The notes: generated from the letters alone by a model not told the origin. A stretch of 63,941 nucleotides of DNA, filler included, from Welwitschia mirabilis (GCA_051453625.1; 7 parts of one record of this genome joined end to end with filler, not necessarily neighbours in it); one strand, 5' to 3'. Numbered from the whole stretch's first letter, positions 37,701-51,275 are shown. Numbers and translations are program-made.

Positions 37701-39977
37701 TACAAAGTTTATAAGGTAGATTATAAGTAATACCTTAATTTATTTTAACCTTGATGGACCAATTAGAATCATTTATGCACCTTGTTAAGAAAGATAACCA
37801 GTTTAAGTGGGATGAAAATTACTAAAAGATTTTAATAAAATCAAGGAATATTTGACACCTATCCCTATTTTAAGTCCACTTAAGCATGATTGACCTTTTT
37901 TATTTATCTTGCATATACACTATCATTAATAAGTGTGATGATTCTTTAATAAGATGAATTACACTGAGATCACTTGATTTACTACATAAGTAGGACACTG
38001 CATCAATACAAAAGAAATTACACTGATGTAGAAAAGGTATGTTTGAGTTTAGTTTTTGATTCATAAAACTTTTATCACTACTTGATGACAAATAAGATAA
38101 CTGTGATTAAAAATCAAATTTACTCAAACATCTCCTTAAATATTCTACTAGTAGTACACGTTTAACTAAGTGGACATCTATCCTTGCTAAATTTGACTTT
38201 AAATTTTAATTCTAAAAGTTCATTAAAGGTAAATGTATAGCTAGACAGGTAGCAAATCTACTATTCGAAGTTGGAGGTGAAATCTTGAGTGAATCTGCAA
38301 AAATCCCTAACAAAGAAATTCACATCAAAAAAATAAAAAAGTATTGGTATGCATTAATGTTCTTCAATGGTGCACTAAATAGAAATAGTGGATTTGCAAG
38401 AGTGGTTTTCTTTACTAAATAATAAAATAAGTTTATCATTTTCCTTTAAGTTGAATTTCCCTTTCACAAATAACATTGTTAAATATAAAACCTTATCAAA
38501 AGGAATTACACCAATGATTCAATATAGTTTTAAGAAATTACACATATTTGGTGATTTACAATTCATGATTAAATAAGTCCTAGGTAAATATAAAGCAAAG
38601 TTAAGAATTTTAGGTTTATAACTCTAGAGGATGAAAAGGATGCTTACTACATTTGATCATTATGAAATTCTTACTACTTCTAAAAACAAAAATCAAATTA
38701 TTGATTAAATTGTAAATTTCACTCAAACTTGCCTTGAGGACTCATCTTTCAAGTAATACGTCACATGCATAGATTTAGATCAAAATTTCCTGGATAAACA
38801 ACCAATAGTTGCTCATTTAGAATTATCATAAGATGAGATTAATCAACTAGTAAAAAAGCCTAAAATGAACAATGAATTATATGATACATTAGTGAGTTAT
38901 CACATTGATAAAAAATTATTAGAAAGTTTTATGAATTTACAAAGGCAAAATTTTTGAGATCAAGCCATACATTTCATAATGATTTAAAATTAACTTTATA
39001 AGAAATCAAACAACAACGTCTTACGAAGATGCCTAAAATCAAATGAAGCCCCTTTTGTCCTAAAAGAAATACATGTTAGTTTATGAGATTCCTATTCGGG
39101 GGCAAAATCACTTTTAAATCATGTTATAAGATCAAGTTATTTCTAAAAAATAATGAATGATGATTATTGCAAATGGTAAAAATTATTTAATAAATTACTC
39201 AAGTTGTTCTAATGAATCAAAATGGCTAGTTATTAATGGAATATCCTATTGGTCTTTAGTAAAATACTCATTTGGCTCAGGGCTCCCAAAAACATCATAA
39301 GCCAAACCCGTCACACTTGTTAGATAATCTCATCAAAGATACATCAACTACCTATTAAAATTTTTCATCTAATATTATTTGGGTATTTAGAAAATGGGAT
39401 ATGGAGTTAATCAATTCCATTGCAACAACTTTATTTGAGTAATCATGCATACATTCTTACCATAACCAAGTACTTTTCAAAATGGGTAGAAGTAGTACCA
39501 CTATGTCAAACAACAATGGAACAAATCTAAAAATTTATCCTAGATCACATCATTACAACATTGGATACACCTTATATCATTGCCACTAATAATGATCCAT
39601 AATTTAAATCCATTGAATTAAGAAATTTATTAAATAAATTTGGGATAAAATATTCATTTTTTACTCATGTTACCCATAATAAAATGGATAAGATAAGGCT
39701 GTGAATCAATTGATCATAAAATACCTTAAGAAATTATTATGAAGAAACTTAAAAAATTGGGATGGAGAATTATCTTTTACATATTGGGCTTATTGTACTA
39801 CAGTAAAAACTACTATGAGAGCAACCCCATTTTAATTAGTTTATAGTAATAAGGCAATTTTTCTAATGTAAATCTAGATTCTCATGTTGAAAACTTTAAT
39901 CAAAGATCTTGAATTATCTGGTATCAAAAAAGTAACATGCATTGCCTAATTAAAAATGTTAGATAAGAAAAGGGAAA
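34780..39977 (+). mobile_element. Degenerate Tat/Ogre-lineage gypsy pol (PR, RT, RH, extra RNase H, IN)
   Basis: RT motifs PVDYSDWL.NMVVVLKKKGKIRI, LNNAGVTFQ and YMDDVMVK. Second RNase H FFNGA...FPFTNN..LHIFGDLQ at about 38350-38750. IN motif KYFSKWVEVVPL. Many stops; ends at a Sirevirus insertion. Confidence 0.9.
39178..39311 (-). pseudogene. psbE: Plastid-derived psbE (cytochrome b559 alpha) 3' fragment (NUPT) inside the gypsy integrase
   Basis: Translates [38 protein letters not shown], against the PsbE consensus [32 protein letters not shown](S/P)LEQLDEF. Confidence 0.93.
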
Positions 39978-42900
39978 TGAAGTATGGATTGACCATAGAG
40001 GGAGGTGAATAGTCATAATAAAATATTCTTTCACCTTAAAGACCTACAAATAAAAAGCAAATAAACCACTAAAAGATCATAGAATGTTTTAATGGTGGAT
40101 AGTCACCACCCTTCAACTCTTAGACACCACATTTCTAACTGACATAGATTAATCTCAATGGCTGGTTTTTAGGCTTACTAAAAACCTATACAATTACCAG
40201 TGGATTTTAGGGCTAATCCATAACCATAGAAGAATGGATTTAAGCAAGATGCACAAATGCACTATTATGATCCACAGGTACAAATGCAAATCAAGCTCTG
40301 ATAAGCTAGATAAGAAGAAGAGAGAAAGTCTAAGAGAGATCTGATCTTACAATCATTCAGGCACAGTGCATACAGAACATGTAACAGTGTTAGATGTGTT
40401 ATATCTATTTTAAAAGTGGTAACCTTCATTGATAAAAAGAAGGTATTTAAATAAAGCGACTAAAAATAGTCGTTCAAAGGGCAAAAATGGCCATTGAAAT
40501 TTAGTTCTGCCTATTTCTAGTAAATCGCAGAAGTGCAATGGTTATATTCAGAACAGGTTGAGTTGACCTCACAAGAATCTCAGTCACTCTAGTATTTGGT
40601 CACCCTTACCAAAATATTAGATCACCCTTATTTAATTCATATTTGATAGTCTTCTTATTCGGTCACCGTTACTAAAATGTTAGGTCATCCATTTCTGATT
40701 CAGTTTTGACAGTGTTACTTCTGAACAGTCAGTTGCCCTTACAAAGAAAAGGTATCAACCTTACATGAGGTCATCTAAAACTTGACGGGTCGATTAACCT
40801 CTTTTTGGCTATTTCCTATGCATCAATCAATCACCCGTACATGTGTTATTGGTCACCCTCATTATTAGTCGATTTGAAAATTTCTGAAAGAGGTTTGATC
40901 GCCCTTGATATTAGTGGTCGATCGCCTACTTCTTCCTCAGTTTGTATCAGGTTTAATCATGAAGTCACCCCACCTGTAGTACATAGTTACCTACATTGGA
41001 ATAGGTCTTTAATTTGCTAGTAATCTGATCGCTTGGGTTTCTCTTGCTCGTGTCCCTTATGTTACTCAGTGTATATTCACATGTCAGTTTGATCACCCAG
41101 ATATCTAGAGTAGTTGCCCAGTGCTAGAAAATCTCTACAAAATAACTATCTCCACAAAAACTCATTAATTAATCAATGATAATAGGTTATTTCAACAAGC
41201 TTCCCCTTTGTCATTGATTAAAGAAAAACAATATTTTAAAGTGCGTGCTCCCCCTTAATCAAATAATTTAGTAGCCAAGTCATATTAACATGTGTTTTAC
41301 TAGAGAAATAGAGGTAGAAATAGCTTAATTAAAAAGAGATTTTTATTTGCACAAAAATACGTTTTATATTAACCAAAATATTTGAAAAAATAATACGTCT
41401 GAAGAAGTATAATATGGTCACTAAATTTTACAAAAATACATTTGATAAACACATATTTCTTCTCCTTTTTAATTAAAAAAAGGACAGGGAGTAAAAAAAG
41501 AGAAAGATATAATAGAAAAGTCAATTAGAATCAAAGGATTCTTCAGAAGACTAGGCACCCTCACTATGAGAAGCGTTAGCTACAGGAGTACCACTGGCGA
41601 TGAGTGCAGCCTTGATGTACTGAGTATGAGAGTCAAGGTAGTGTAACAAGTGAAAAATATCTAGAGTATAAGAGGCCTTAACCTTGGGCCTGGAAGAGGT
41701 AGCAGGCTTCTTAAAGATATGCATCCTGGAGAGCATGGCATGGTCACTAGGCCCCATGGGCTTCTGAAGCTCTTGCTAAGAAAGATACAGAATGTCAAAG
41801 TGCCGACAAATCTGAGTTGATAAGAAAAGAATATGGCAAGGAGCACCTCTTGTGAGACTGAAGATGGTTAACTATGTACTTGAGCATAATGCCAAGAGCA
41901 TCGATGTCACATCTCCGATCCAACAAGTAGAGAAGGAACACTCGATAGTTGGAGAGTTTATCTCTGTGTTTGAGAATAGAAAGAAAATTATATGAAAAAA
42001 TTAAATGCAAAAAATAAAACCTAGGAAGAAGTTGAGAAGCTTTGAGAGTCTTATTCTAGGTGATAAATGTGCCACAAACATGCTAAGTGATAGCTTTTTT
42101 CTCTTCAAAATATTTGTCTATGGGCCAATATTCTCCCATATTCCCTTAAGGTAACCCAATGAGGGAAGCTATCAGATTAGCAGTGATGTGCATCTCATAG
42201 CCAAAGAAGATGTGATGAAGGTGGAATGAACAACATCAAAATGGACATTTGAATAAAATAACCTTGTAACCAAAGGATAGGATGTTCCTGAGATATGGAG
42301 AAAGTAACTCTAGTTTACCTCCTCAAGGAGGGTCTAGACTTTCCTCAAACTAAGGAGCTGCACATGTTCACAGGTCCTCTCTATTGCAATGGGACTGGAC
42401 TTAAAATTTTTCTCAAAGTTTTCTATTTGCTCTGAGATCATTCTTGCAAAAATGTAGCTACGAGGTTTAATAGCAGACTTCTTTCTTCTCTTCATAGAAC
42501 CCTCTCCAGACTATTGGGAAGCTATTTAGAGACCAGATTTGAAGTGAAAAGGCATGAGAAATGAGAAGAGTGGTCCATAAGAGTTGGAAAAAATGACAAC
42601 CTCGAATAGGACAAATGAGGGTTTTGAAAGAGCAAGTGGATTTAAAAATCCACGAAACACTACCTTAAATGCGTGTGACCAAATGAAGAAGTTGGTTGAT
42701 CCATGTAAATTTTCAAAAGTTGAATAGTAAGGAAGTAGCTGACTGTACATGAAACATGGTTGACCCTACAAGAGAAAAATTTAATAGGAAAATCTAAGGT
42801 AAAGTTAGCTGATCCTAAGAAAAAGAGAGATCAACCTGATTTAACAAGAGAAAGGAGCTTCATAAGATCGATCTGATATGCATGAGTGATCGATCCTTTG

Positions 42901-45900
42901 AGAAGGAAGTGTAACAGAAAAAACTGATTTGAATGAGGTTAACCCAAATAAATGGGATGGTCAACCCAAATAAATGGGATGGTCAATTCAATGTGAAGAA
43001 AAGTTTAACAAGAAAAACTGAAAGATAGACGGTCATCCCAAGATACCGATGAGGTCGATTAAGGTTTAATTGGATATAACATGAAAAGTTTTAAATCCAC
43101 TAGCGGAACTCTAATGTTTAATTGAGGCTAGGTTTTTTAGATCTTTCTCAGACATGATACCCAGAAAGTAATGAAGTTTAGCAAAAAAATCAGATGATAA
43201 GAATTTTATAAAAACATCAGTCAATTGATCTTGAGTACAAGCATATTTAAGTATGATAATTTTCTTCTCTACTAAGTCTCGGCTAAAATGATACCTGAAA
43301 TCAATGTGTTTGGTGTGAGTGTGTTGAGCTGGGTTATGAGCAATTGGAATAGCACTGGAGTTGTCACATACAATAGGAACTTTAGAGATGACTAGGCTAT
43401 AGTCTTTTAAAGTTTCTTTCATCTAGAGAATCTGAGTGTAGTAAGCCCTAGTAGCTATGTACTCAACTTTTACTATGGATAGACATATGGAACATTGCTT
43501 CTTACTATACCAAGTAGTGAGAAAATTGCCAAAGAAAAAAGTACATCACTTATGCTCTTTCGATTGTCTTTTCATCCATCCCAGTCAACATCATTATAAC
43601 TTGTTAAACTTAAAGAATTATTATTTGAATACCATTGACTAAAATAAAAAATACTTTTAACATAATGAGGTATCCTATTTGCAGTAATGAGATGTGATTC
43701 TTTTGTTTTACTTTGATACCTGGCACATAAACCAATACTAAATTTTATGTTAGGATAACTAGCTGTTAAATACAATAGACTTCTAATAATGCTATGATAT
43801 AAGTTTCGATCTACATCCTTACCTTCTTCATCAAGAGAAAGTTTGATGTTAGTGGNNNNNNNNNNNNNNNNNNNNNNNNNNNNNNNNNNNNNNNNNNNNN
43901 NNNNNNNNNNNNNNNNNNNNNNNNNNNNNNNNNNNNNNNNNNNNNNNNNNNNNNNAACTATTGCATAAATACACACTACAACAATTAGAAAAATGATTAG
44001 ACAATAAACGTTTCATAAAAATATTAGCCAATTGATCTTGAATATAAACATATTTAAATGTGATAATTTTCTTTTCTACCAAGTCTTAAATAAAATAATA
44101 CCTGAGATAAATGTGCTTGGTGCAAGTGTTTTGAACTGGATTATGAATGATTTGAATAACATTTAAGTTGTTACATAGAATAAAAACTTCAGAGATGTCT
44201 AGGACATAGTCTTTTAAAGTTTCTTTCATCCATAATGTCTAAGTGAAACAAGCTCTAATAGCTATGTATTTAGCTTCTACTATGGATAAACATATAGAGC
44301 ATTACTTCTTACTGTACTAAGATGTGAGGCAATTTCCAAAGAAAAAACATCTATCACTTGTACTCTTTTAATAATCTTTGCATCTAGCCTAGTCCACATC
44401 ATTATAACCTGTTAAGCTTAGAGAAATAATACTTGAATATTATAGATCAAAATCAAGAGTACCTTTAACATAGTAAAGCATCATCTTTGTATCAGTAAGA
44501 TGAGATTCTTTTGGTTTACTTTGATACCTATCACATAAACCAACACTAAATGTATATCAAGATGACTAGCTATTAAAGATAATAGACTTTCAATAATATT
44601 ATGATATAACTTTTGGTTCACATCCTTACCTTCTTCATTAGGAGAAAGCTTGATGTTCATGACCATTAAAGAGTCTACACTCTTAGCATTTTCAAGTCTG
44701 AATTTTTTGATTATATTTGAAGAGTATTTCTTCTAATTTATGAAGATACCATTATTATGTTGTTAGATTTGAAGACCAAAAAATATGTTAACTAGTCCAT
44801 CCATACTCATTTCAAACTCAAAATGCATTAAATTAGCAAAATCATTAGATAAATATTTATTAATTAATTCAAAAATAATGTTATCCACATATATTTAAAC
44901 AAAAATTAAATCATCATTCACTAATTTTCTAAATAATGTTCTATTAATAAAGCCTCTAGTAAAACCATGTTAGAGTAAAAAGGAGGAAATTTTCTCATAC
45001 CAAGCTTGAGGAGCTTATTTTAACCCATAAAAAGCTTTGTTAAGTTTATAAACATATTCTAGTTTATGAGGATCAGCAAAGCCTTATGGTGATTTAACAT
45101 ACATTTCTTTCTCAATGTGACCATTTAGAAAAGCACTCTTTACATCTATCTGAAAAACATTGATTTTTTTGTAATAGGCAAAAGCTAAAAACATTCTTAT
45201 AGACTCAAGTCCAGCAATAGAAGTAAAGGTATCACCACAATCTACTCCTTTTATTTGAGAGTACCCTTAAGCTATAAGCCTGACTTTGTTTTTGGTAATC
45301 TCATTTTTTTCATTTACTTTATTTCTAAAAATCTATTTTGCACCTATGACATTTTTTCCGGCTGGTTTAGGAATAAGAGGTTACACCTGATTTTGATAGA
45401 ATTATTTAAGTTCTTCTTGCATTAAATTCATCCAACATGGATCAGATTTAGCCTCATTAAAAGTTCTTGATTTCACTTGAGATAATAGAGAAATGTAATC
45501 ACTGAAATTATTAAGCGAGTTTCTAGTGACTATATCTTATTTCACATTTTCAATGATTGAATCTAAAGGATGATCCTAAAGCTCTTTAATTTCTGATGCT
45601 GGTTTATCTTTTGAAACATCTCTGTTTTCGTAAAAAGAAGAAGGAACTAGATCATCATCTAGTTTAGAGGATTTTGTTGAATCAATTACATCATGAATTT
45701 TGACATTTATAGATTCTTCCATATCAAGAGTGTGTTTGTTAAACACTCTATAAGCTCTACTTGATTAAGAGTATCCTAAGAAGATTCCTTTATCAGATTT
45801 AAAATTAAATTTAACCAGATCCTCTCTATCTCTTAGGATGAAGCACTTACTTTTAAAGGTTTTGAAATAGGATATATTGGGATTCTTTCCTTTACAGAGT

Positions 45901-46715
45901 CCATAAGGAGTTTTGTAAGTTCTTGATCTTAAATAAACTCTGTTTGAAATATGACAAGGGGTGTTCACTACTTCAGTCCAAAATATTTTTGGAATATCTT
46001 TGTCATTTAGTATAACTCTTGCCATGTCTAATAAAGTATGATTTTTTCTTTTTAGCTATCCCATTTTGTTGAGAAGTCTTTGGGGCTGAAAATTCATGGT
46101 CAATTCCATTTGAGTTACAATAGTATTCAAATCTTTCATTTTCAAATTCTCTACCATGATCACTATGAATCTTCTTAATGACATATCCCTTTTCAATTTG
46201 GAATTTCTTGCAAATTTTAACAAAGTTACCATAAGCATTAGACTTTGCATGAAGAAAGGCTACCCAAGATAATATAGTAAAATCATTAACCATGACTAAA
46301 AAATATCTTTTTGTAGATAAGCTTGCTATTTGAATAGGACCAGCCAAATCCATATAAATTAAATCTAAAGAATTAATAGTATTAATATCACTTATTTATT
46401 TATGAGAAGATCTAGTTTGTTTTCATTTTTTTGAGGCATTACATAAGCCTTTATGAGTGATAGAAAGTTTTGAAAGACCTCTTACAATCTCACGATGACA
46501 TATTTTCTTTAAATTTTCAAAGCTAATATGACTTAAATGTTGATGCTGGAGAACATCCTCTTGAACATAAGATGAAAGACAAATAGAATTACTTGACTGA
46601 TTTACATAATAAACATTTTCATGTCTTGTTGCTACTAATACTAGTTGATTAGTTTTACCATATTTGACTATATACTTATTTTCATCAAAAGATACTTTAT
46701 GACCCTTATCACATA
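39978..46715 (-). mobile_element. Sirevirus (SIRE/Maximus copia), copy 1: IN-RT-RH, ORF2, multiple PPTs, 3' LTR 39978-41197
   Basis: IN MDLAGPIQ...IHSDHGREFEN..PKTSQQNG, RT/RH motifs, PPT at 41201 with extra PPTs at 41249 and 41461, and LTR motif agagggaggtgaatag. Confidence 0.93.
41530..42520 (-). pseudogene. Sirevirus ORF2 (env-like), decayed, copy 1
   Basis: Lies between pol and the PPT cluster. Homologous to 59383-60385 (DHAMLSRMHIFKK...LIASGTPVA). Confidence 0.8.
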
Positions 46716-46816
46716 NNNNNNNNNNNNNNNNNNNNNNNNNNNNNNNNNNNNNNNNNNNNTTAATTAATTAANNNNNNNNNNNNNNNNNNNNNNNNNNNNN
46801 NNNNNNNNNNNNNNNG

Positions 46817-46844
46817 GGCGCGCGCGAGAAAGAGCGAGAGAGAG

Positions 46845-46886
<42 letters not shown>
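46817..46886. repeat. (GA)n microsatellite preceded by a short (GC)n run
   Basis: Directly visible. Confidence 0.95.
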
Positions 46887-46889
<3 letters not shown>

Positions 46890-46892
<3 letters not shown>

Positions 46893-49800
46893 GAGAAGAA
46901 AAGAAATAATGACCATGCTCTTTCATGTTATATCTCTAAGACATTGTCGTCATGATGTCCTACCATAAGCGTACCGGGGTAAATATTTCCAAGAGGGGCC
47001 TTTGACAATGTGATATGGTAGCTGTGGGAACTCCACTGGGGGGTCATTTAGCTATGCTATGCGGTCCTTACTCCTCTGACAGTAGTTACACTCTCCTCAT
47101 CATGGAAAAATAAATTACATTTTAAGGCTATGAGATCAGTGGTGTCCTTGGTATCATCAGAGGCATTGATTATTTCCTAGTTCCATTTTTCTTTATTTAT
47201 TTCTAGTACTTCCACATGATCATTCTACTTTTTGGATTCTCGTATTGTTTTGATATGGTAGACTATAAGTCCCTGTCTTAAACAACTTTTTATCTTATCA
47301 TTCATTGTTTGATAAACATTATACATACTTGACATCGTCATAATCATTGCCTAATTGAGTGGTACTTTATAATTTTTACATACTATCATGCATCTTTTAT
47401 CAAGTGATTTTATAATTATTGCCAAGGGAATTTGTTAGGTTAGCATTTATGGTAACAAGAAGGTAATCTTCTTCATGTTTCTAGTTATCCATTTTCATCT
47501 TTATTTTTCTTTAGTTTTTTTGTTGGATTTTTCAAAGTTATTTTCCATACTTTTTTAGCATCATATTATAGATCTAATCATTTTCTAGTTCCTTGTTGAT
47601 AATTATCCATAATTTATCTAGAGGATCATTGTTTTCCTTCTAATAGGTCCCCATGATTTAATGAGTTTTAGTTCTTCTCTTTCATGAGTTTGGGCATATT
47701 TGAGGAGTCTTTGAGCATTGCTTATTTTTACTTAGTGCATTTTCTTCTACTTTCACCTTTTCCTTCTTCATCATGAGGATGTGCTTCANNNNNNNNNNNN
47801 NNNNNNNNNNNNNNNNNNNNNNNNNNNNNNNNNNNNNNNNNNNNNNNNNNNNNNNNNNNNNNNNNNNNNNNNNNNNNNNNNNNNNNNNNNNNNNNNNNNN
47901 NNNNNNNNNNNNNNNNNNNNNNNNNNNNNNNNNNNNNNNNNNNNNNNNNNNNNNNNNNNNNNNNNNNNNNNNNNNNNNNNNNNNNNNNNNNNNNNNNNNN
48001 NNNNNNNNNNNNNNNNNNNNNNNNNNNNNNNNNNNNNNNNNNNNNNNNNNNNNNNNNNNNNNNNNNNNNNNNNNNNNNNNNNNNNNNNNNNNNNNNNNNN
48101 NNNNNNNNNNNNNNNNNNNNNNNNNNNNNNNNTTTGAAGTTATTTTCCATACTTTTTTAGCATCATATTATGGATCTAATCATTTTCTAGTTCCTTGTTG
48201 ATATTTATTTATAATTTCTCTAGAGGATCGTTCTTTTCCTTCTAATATGTTTTCATAATCTGATGACTACTAGTTCTTCTCTTTCATGAGTTCGGGCACA
48301 TTTGAGGAGTCTTCGAGCATTGCTTATTTTCACTTAGTGAATTTTATTCTACTTTTACCTTTTCCTTCTCCACCATAAGTATGTTCTTCAGGCTGGTTTT
48401 TCACTTTTTCCCTGTTTTTTGTTCTCTTTATATTGTTTTTCTATGTTTTCTTATTTTCTAGATTTTTTTGGTTTCACTTTTTTCCTCTAAATAGCTTATT
48501 CGATGATTGTCATTTCATGTCTGTCATCCCAATGACAGAGGGGATGACACTCCTTCTTTATTCTTGATGCAATTTAGGACATCTTACTTCTCCTACTAGA
48601 AGGTTAGGACATCTTTTTAGGCATTATTCTATGATTTTTAGCATAAATTTTTCATATTCTGAGCCTTCAAAATCTAAATTTATGATGGATTATTTGGATT
48701 AGTTTTCCATGTTATTTAAAAAATTTTTTAGAGAATTCATAAACTTTATCTTATAGGATCCAGTAGCACACTCACAAGTTTTTTCATAGCTGTGTTTCAG
48801 ATCATCTAGTAAAATGCTATATCTACTCTTATCCTTTGCCCTTATGATGACACTAATGAACTTAAATACATCACTCATTAGAAGATAGCACTACTTAAGT
48901 ATGTCACATCAGTCCATTATCACTATTTCCATGCATACATATTTTCATTCCATAATCCATCAAAGTTACATTTTTATGATTCTGTATGTATATAGCATTC
49001 ATTTATTCCATAGTAGCATGCTTAAGTAGGGGATTTAGAGAAATTTTTCAGCATTTATATCAGTTATCTGTTTGTGATATTATTTCTTACATGATTTAAT
49101 GGAACTTAATTTACATATTTTCAGCACTATTTTATCTTTATCAAATTGGCTCGCAAACTAGTTGATCACTTACTTTGTTAAGGACTGACAAGGATAAGTA
49201 GGGGGCTATGTTGTGATGCCAATTTTAGTAATTTGATAGTGTAGTTTGATTGATTTTGTGGGACATTTACACAGGTTTGAATGCAATATTGATGATTATG
49301 GAGATCTGACAGGATGATCAATAAAACATGTGATTCTTAGCATATTTTATAGTTTCTCAGGCTTATTCTGACACTACATATTTGGAAGAAGACTTCATGA
49401 TGCAAAAGACTAATTTACCTTTATCGTCTCCTATGTCATCCCCATGATAAGTAGGATAACGACACTACTGACATGGATAGAAGCTGTGGGGCTGACAGTA
49501 GGGCATGAAGATATTTTGATGGAGGGTGATGTCTCCTATATCGTCCCAATGATTGTCAGGATGACAGCTGTTTTTGTATGATTAAAAAGAAATACCTTTG
49601 TAATGGGGTCAAGGAACCCATATGGGCTTTTAGGATTTTCTTTCCAACTTCTAAGATTTAGTTTCTAGAACCTTAATGAAAGACTATAAATACCCTTCCC
49701 TTCTTTCATTTCTGTTTTCATCTTTTGCACTTGATATACTTGTGACAAAATATTAAAGGACAAGAGGTCCATCCAGAGCTACAGAAAGGCATTTTCTTTA

Positions 49801-50375
49801 TGTTAGGCTAAGTCTCTTTCATTGAGGTTTTATTATTCTGTTNNNNNNNNNNNNNNNNNNNNNNNNNNNNNNNNNNNNNNNNNNNNNNNNNNNNNNNNNN
49901 NNNNNNNNNNNNNNNNNNNNNNNNNNNNNNNNNNNNNNNNNNNNNNNNNNNNNNNNNNNNNNNNNNNNNNNNNNNNNNNNNNNNNNNNNNNNNNNNNNNN
50001 NNNNNNNNNNNNNNNNNNNNNNNNNNNNNNNNNNNNNNNNNNNNNNNNNNNNNNNNNNNNNNNNNNNNNNNNNNNNNNNNNTCATAGTTTATGTTGGTTA
50101 AGAACTAGTGAATACTCTTTTTAATTGATCTAAATTATAGAGAGGCTAGTCCTTGTGACAAAAGGATTAAGAACCAAGAGATTTCATTTCATTTCCACTT
50201 GCATTTCATTTCCATTTACTTGCATTACATTTACTTATTTATTTACTTCCAGTTTTTATAAGATAAAAGACCAAAAACATATTTAAAATTAATTCTCTAA
50301 CTCTTAGCTTAGTGCCTTCATTAGGATTATGACATTCAGATGAATTCCTGTCTATACTAGTGTGTGTTTTCTGCA
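46890..50375 (+). mobile_element. 3' internal region, PPT and 3' LTR (about 49209-50375) of the Athila-like family
   Basis: Conserved box at 46976-47100, PPT aaggataagtagggggc at about 49190-49206, and LTR similar to but diverged from 29108-30043. Confidence 0.75.
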
Positions 50376-51129
50376 AGTTTTTTGATTTACAGGTTTACCT
50401 AAAGAACTTCAGGACTACATAAAATCACACTATAATAAAAACTCCTTCTATCCTTCTGAGAAAGAATAATAATTGAAAAGAATGCTAAGATCATTGGTAT
50501 TTTTTTTGAATGAATTGGGATTATTTTAAAAGATTTGCTAAGATTTCCTAGACACATCTATCTAGTGCCACTACTAATTTTTACTAGATAGTGATTCCTG
50601 AAAAAAACCTCATCCTTTAAGGTTTTCAAGGAAAAAAGAAACGGGATGTACAGGCCCAACTATGCACCAGTGAGTTTAATCACTCAATTTAGTAATCAGA
50701 TTTGCACATGTGGATTAGGCCATCAAGTGCAATCTATTAAACTAAAATTGTGACTAACAATGACATATAATAATGTCAAATAGAGATCTTAGATTTAATA
50801 TTTCCACACAAGGTAGATATCTTAGTATAGTATAAGTAGAGAATGATATAATAGACAGTAGTTTAGTACATTATAATATAGTTATCTCTTTTTGATAATG
50901 ATATAACACATATCTATAGATTTTTTTAAAAAAATAGCTATTAGGTTCTTATTTAAAGTGATCTGGAACTTAGTTTGTGTGTCCTAAAGGTCTTTTAGTT
51001 GTTCATTCTTTAAAGTGTGAAATCCAATGATCATTCTAATTTACTTTTTCACTGCAATGTTTATCTAGACAGATGTTTCATCTTTTTTGATTGAATTTCT
51101 TAGATTTTATCATTCTTATTCTAATAAAA

Positions 51130-51275
51130 CTGCAAAGGGGATGTCTTAGTTTCACAAGGAATATGTTCCAGTACGTTGGGACTGCAAGGAAAAGGGATGT
51201 CTTGGTTTCACAAGGAAACGTCCTAGTACTTTGAGATGACAAAGAAAGGGGGATGTGCTAGTTTCATAGGGGAAA
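51130..51275. repeat. Three imperfect tandem units of about 52-57 bp within an LTR-like segment
   Basis: aagggatgtctt(a/g)gtttcacaagg occurs three times. ttaaca-atctccccc (minus-strand LTR start plus PPT) follows at 51369-51384. Confidence 0.75.

Noticed and set aside
29108..50375. Pairing the LTRs at 29108-30043 and 49209-50375 as one element
   Set aside because: They are visibly diverged, the 3' box occurs twice between them, and two scaffold spacers intervene.
51130..51275. Repeat-spacer-like arrays here and at 12368-12625 as possible CRISPR
   Set aside because: The spacers resemble each other, there are no cas genes, and the context is plant LTR sequence.
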